A stretch of DNA of 20,979 bases. Source: Candidatus Hermodarchaeota archaeon. Its GTDB lineage: Archaea; Asgardarchaeota; Lokiarchaeia; Sigyniarchaeales; SOKP01. Shown in pieces: positions 18,581 to 20,979 of this stretch. The notes under the pieces are model-generated. The model had not been told where the DNA came from and did not search any database. It worked only from the letters and a program-made list of their open reading frames with translations. The stretch's first letter is position 1. Each line of letters opens with the position of its first letter. The stretch spans positions 1 through 20,979 of the forward strand of contig JBHLLO010000054.1 in NCBI GenBank assembly GCA_048885535.1, given 5' to 3'. Position numbers and translations under genes: made by a program.

Positions 18581-18845
18581 TGCAATTGAAGTTTTTTATG
18601 AGCTCTACTTTCTCTTTTCTTGGAAGAGACTTAATTTCTAATTCCCTTCTCATAGCTTCTTTTCGTTCTGTAAATGATTCAAAATATTTAAGTCTAATTA
18701 CCTTTTTTCCACGACAAAATTTAGCTCCAATACCTTTATTATGCTCAGATAATCTTCTTTCTAGGTTATTGGTGTATCCAGTATAAAATCTTTTCTTATT
18801 GTTTTTAGAAATTGTTTCTAATATATATACGTAGAAAATAGGCAT
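18558..18845 (-). CDS. GIY-YIG nuclease (UPF0213/YhbQ-like)
   Basis: FYVYIL...FYTGYTNNLERRLSEHNKGIGAKF...EAMRRELEIK. Likely start is ATG 18845 (MPIFY). Overlaps the pstK 5' end. Confidence 0.9.
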   Translation of the reverse strand: MPIFYVYILETISKNNKKRFYTGYTNNLERRLSEHNKGIGAKFCRGKKVIRLKYFESFTERKEAMRRELEIKSLPRKEKVELIKNFNCIENKIDS

Positions 18846-19028
18846 TTCAAATCCACTACTAATACAGTGACTTTTTTGATATTTATTTTTTAAGTCAAGA
18901 TTTTTTTGTAGACTAGTATACATTTTGTTTTATTCTTCTAGTATGAAATTTGTATTTTCAAATTAAATTTATTAATATATAATTTTATAATTTTAGAGTA
19001 AGAGTTAAGTTTGGTTTGGTGATGTTCT

Positions 19029-19667
19029 ATTCCTTTAGGAATTTTTTTAATTAAATGGGATCAAGTTGCTGGAGGAGTGATTTACATGAAATATCCAGAT
19101 GAAATGTCAATCCCAGATAATATTGTCCAACAAATTCAAATCTCCCACAATTTTGTAGAATCTCATATTACTATTGAAGAAAAAAATTGGAATTCAATAT
19201 CATATTATAATGAGGAAAAAGATATAATCCTCGTTCTAGTGTTAGATAAATATGATGAGAGTCAAGATTATGTTGGTATTTTAGATGACTTCAAAAAAAC
19301 ATTAGAGTTAGAACTCACAGAAGAACAACTAAAAGAACACCTAGAAAGGATGTTCTTGGAAAAAGTGTTAAACGTTTTTAGAACTAGAGATGAGGTTATT
19401 GGAAAGTTAAGTAATGAAGTTGCTAATCTTAAAACAAAAGAATATGATCTTAAAAAGAAATTTGAAAAAATTGCGAAATCAGATCACTTACAAGTAAAAA
19501 GCAAAATTCAATTTTTATTAACAATAAATGATGAGTTAAGCTTTGAAGAGCTTCAAAATGCGATAAAGACAAGCAAGAGATGGTTAAATGACGTAATTGA
19601 AACTCTAGTAAAAAATAACATAATTGGATTTAATGCTTCAAGTGAAACTTATTATTTAATATTTTGA
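19029..19667 (+). CDS. Longin/uDENN-like N-terminal domain + coiled coil + C-terminal winged helix; probable ATT start
   Basis: The frame is open upstream of the GTG at 19077 back to a TGA at 19020, giving (I/M)PLGIFLIKWDQVAGGVIYMKYP. A GGTGA SD lies at 19018-19022. Coiled coil IGKLSNEVANLKTKEYDLKKKFEK. wHTH LSFEELQNAI..SKRWLNDVIETLVKNNIIGFN....YYL. Confidence 0.8.
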   Translation: MPLGIFLIKWDQVAGGVIYMKYPDEMSIPDNIVQQIQISHNFVESHITIEEKNWNSISYYNEEKDIILVLVLDKYDESQDYVGILDDFKKTLELELTEEQLKEHLERMFLEKVLNVFRTRDEVIGKLSNEVANLKTKEYDLKKKFEKIAKSDHLQVKSKIQFLLTINDELSFEELQNAIKTSKRWLNDVIETLVKNNIIGFNASSETYYLIF

Positions 19668-19762
19668 AGCATTCCAACTTGAATAATCAGATTCTTAAGA
19701 AGGAAATAATTTTCATCTTCAATAATTGCATTTCAATAATTAATATTGAGTTTTATTTTACC

Positions 19763-20896
19763 ATGAATCTTACAGAGGAAGAGCAAAAAGAAGTAATAAG
19801 AGTAATGGAATCCCAAATGTTAACTTTACTTCACGGTGAGGCTGTAAAGACCTTTGAAAAAGAATTTGCGAATTATATTGGCGTCAAACATGCTATTGGT
19901 GTTAATACTGGTACAGCAGCTTTACACATTGCTATAGCTGCTCTAAATATAGGACCTGGAGATGAAGTAATTGTACCTCCATTCACATTTATAGCTACAG
20001 CGAGCTCAATCTTGCATAATAATGCCATACCCATCTTTGCTGATATAGATGGTAAGACATATACACTGGATCCTAAGTCTGTGAAAGAAAAAGTGAATTC
20101 TAAAACGAAAGCGATAATTCCTGTTCATTTAGCAGGTATAAGTGCTAACATGGATTCCTTAACAGAAATAGCTAAGGAAAATAACATATTCATCATTGAG
20201 GATGCTGCTCAATCTATCGGTACAAAATATAATGGAAAAAAGGTCGGTTCTATTGGAGATATTGGTTGCTTTAGCTTTTACCCTTCTAAAAATATTACTA
20301 CTGGAGAAGGGGGAATGATTACAACAAATAGTGATGAAATTGCCGAACAATGCCGCTTATTAAGACATCATGGTGAGCCATCATGGTATACCTATGATCG
20401 TCTCGGGTATAATTATAGAATGACTGAAATTCAAGGCGCTATAGGTAAAGTCCAGTTAAGAAGAATAGATCAATTTATAGAAATACGGAATAAAAATGCC
20501 CAGTATTTATCAGATGGTGTAAGTGAGATTAAGGGAATTGATCCTCCTTTTATTCCAAAATATTGCGAACCTGCATTTAATTACTGGATTGGGCGAATTC
20601 ATCCTGATATTATTGGTTTAAATAAAACGCAATTTATTGAAAAATTCCCAAACAGTAAAATTCTTTATCCTAAACCACTTTATGAAACCAAGCTTTTTCA
20701 AAACAAAGTTGGGTATCCAAAAGGATGTCCTTGGTCTTGTCCATTCTATGGAAAAGAAATTGATTATAAGAAAATTAGTCTACCAAATGTCGAGAGAGTA
20801 ACTAAAGAAATCTTCTCTTTGGACATACATCCAAAGATTAATAAGCAAAATTTAGATGAGTACATTGCAATTATGAAGAGTCTGGTTAAAGATTAA
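19763..20896 (+). CDS. DegT/DnrJ/EryC1/StrS family PLP-dependent aminotransferase
   Basis: NTGTAALH, GDEVIVPPFTFIAT, IEDAAQ, FSFYPSKNITTGEGG and GYNYRM motifs. Likely start is ATG 19763 (MNLTEE). Confidence 0.95.
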   Translation: MNLTEEEQKEVIRVMESQMLTLLHGEAVKTFEKEFANYIGVKHAIGVNTGTAALHIAIAALNIGPGDEVIVPPFTFIATASSILHNNAIPIFADIDGKTYTLDPKSVKEKVNSKTKAIIPVHLAGISANMDSLTEIAKENNIFIIEDAAQSIGTKYNGKKVGSIGDIGCFSFYPSKNITTGEGGMITTNSDEIAEQCRLLRHHGEPSWYTYDRLGYNYRMTEIQGAIGKVQLRRIDQFIEIRNKNAQYLSDGVSEIKGIDPPFIPKYCEPAFNYWIGRIHPDIIGLNKTQFIEKFPNSKILYPKPLYETKLFQNKVGYPKGCPWSCPFYGKEIDYKKISLPNVERVTKEIFSLDIHPKINKQNLDEYIAIMKSLVKD

Positions 20897-20920
20897 ATAA
20901 TTTTCAAGCTTTATTTTTTT

Positions 20921-20979
20921 ATGAAGAAGATAATTATTAAAGTATATGGATTAGTTCAGGGAGTTTTTTTCCGTTATAC
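20921..20979 (+). CDS. acyP: Acylphosphatase, N-terminal fragment (runs off the window edge)
   Basis: Not in the ORF track. ATG 20921 gives MKKIIIKVYGLVQGVFFRY, matching the acylphosphatase signature V.G.VQGV.FR. Confidence 0.8.
   Translation, partial: MKKIIIKVYGLVQGVFFRY

Noticed and set aside
18558-18845. GIY-YIG as a homing endonuclease or mobile element
   Set aside because: It is a short stand-alone UPF0213-type domain with no DNA-binding extension, intron context or flanking repeats.
19664-19762. ORF-track N-terminal extension of the DegT aminotransferase (similarly for PadR, DUF362 and GIY-YIG)
   Set aside because: The extensions are translated AT-rich intergenic sequence, and downstream ATGs fit the expected domain starts better.

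Overview
AT-rich (roughly 28-30% GC, estimated by eye) archaeal DNA that is most likely from an Asgard archaeon (Lokiarchaeia/Promethearchaeia-like). The taxonomic call is an inference from the co-occurrence of a Rab-like small GTPase, two longin-like proteins, a V4R/Bet3-superfamily protein, PSTK (selenocysteine pathway), tetraether lipid synthase (Tes), CDC48 and GGTGA-type ribosome-binding sites. About 22 CDSs are supported, two of them cut by the window edges. Three items stand out. (1) A 452-aa K/E-rich protein built from 11 indel-free 35-aa repeats plus a partial one, with a 3-unit higher-order period and a PD...SEKA(F/Y)R motif that resembles the 35-aa actin-binding nebulin repeat. (2) An unannotated ~120-nt GC-enriched intergenic element (7932-8050) with a 13-bp closing stem, two hairpins and two Sm-site-like U tracts, probably a structured ncRNA. 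(3) A probable non-canonical ATT start codon for a longin-coiled-coil-wHTH protein. All family calls are from motif recognition only; no database searches were run.
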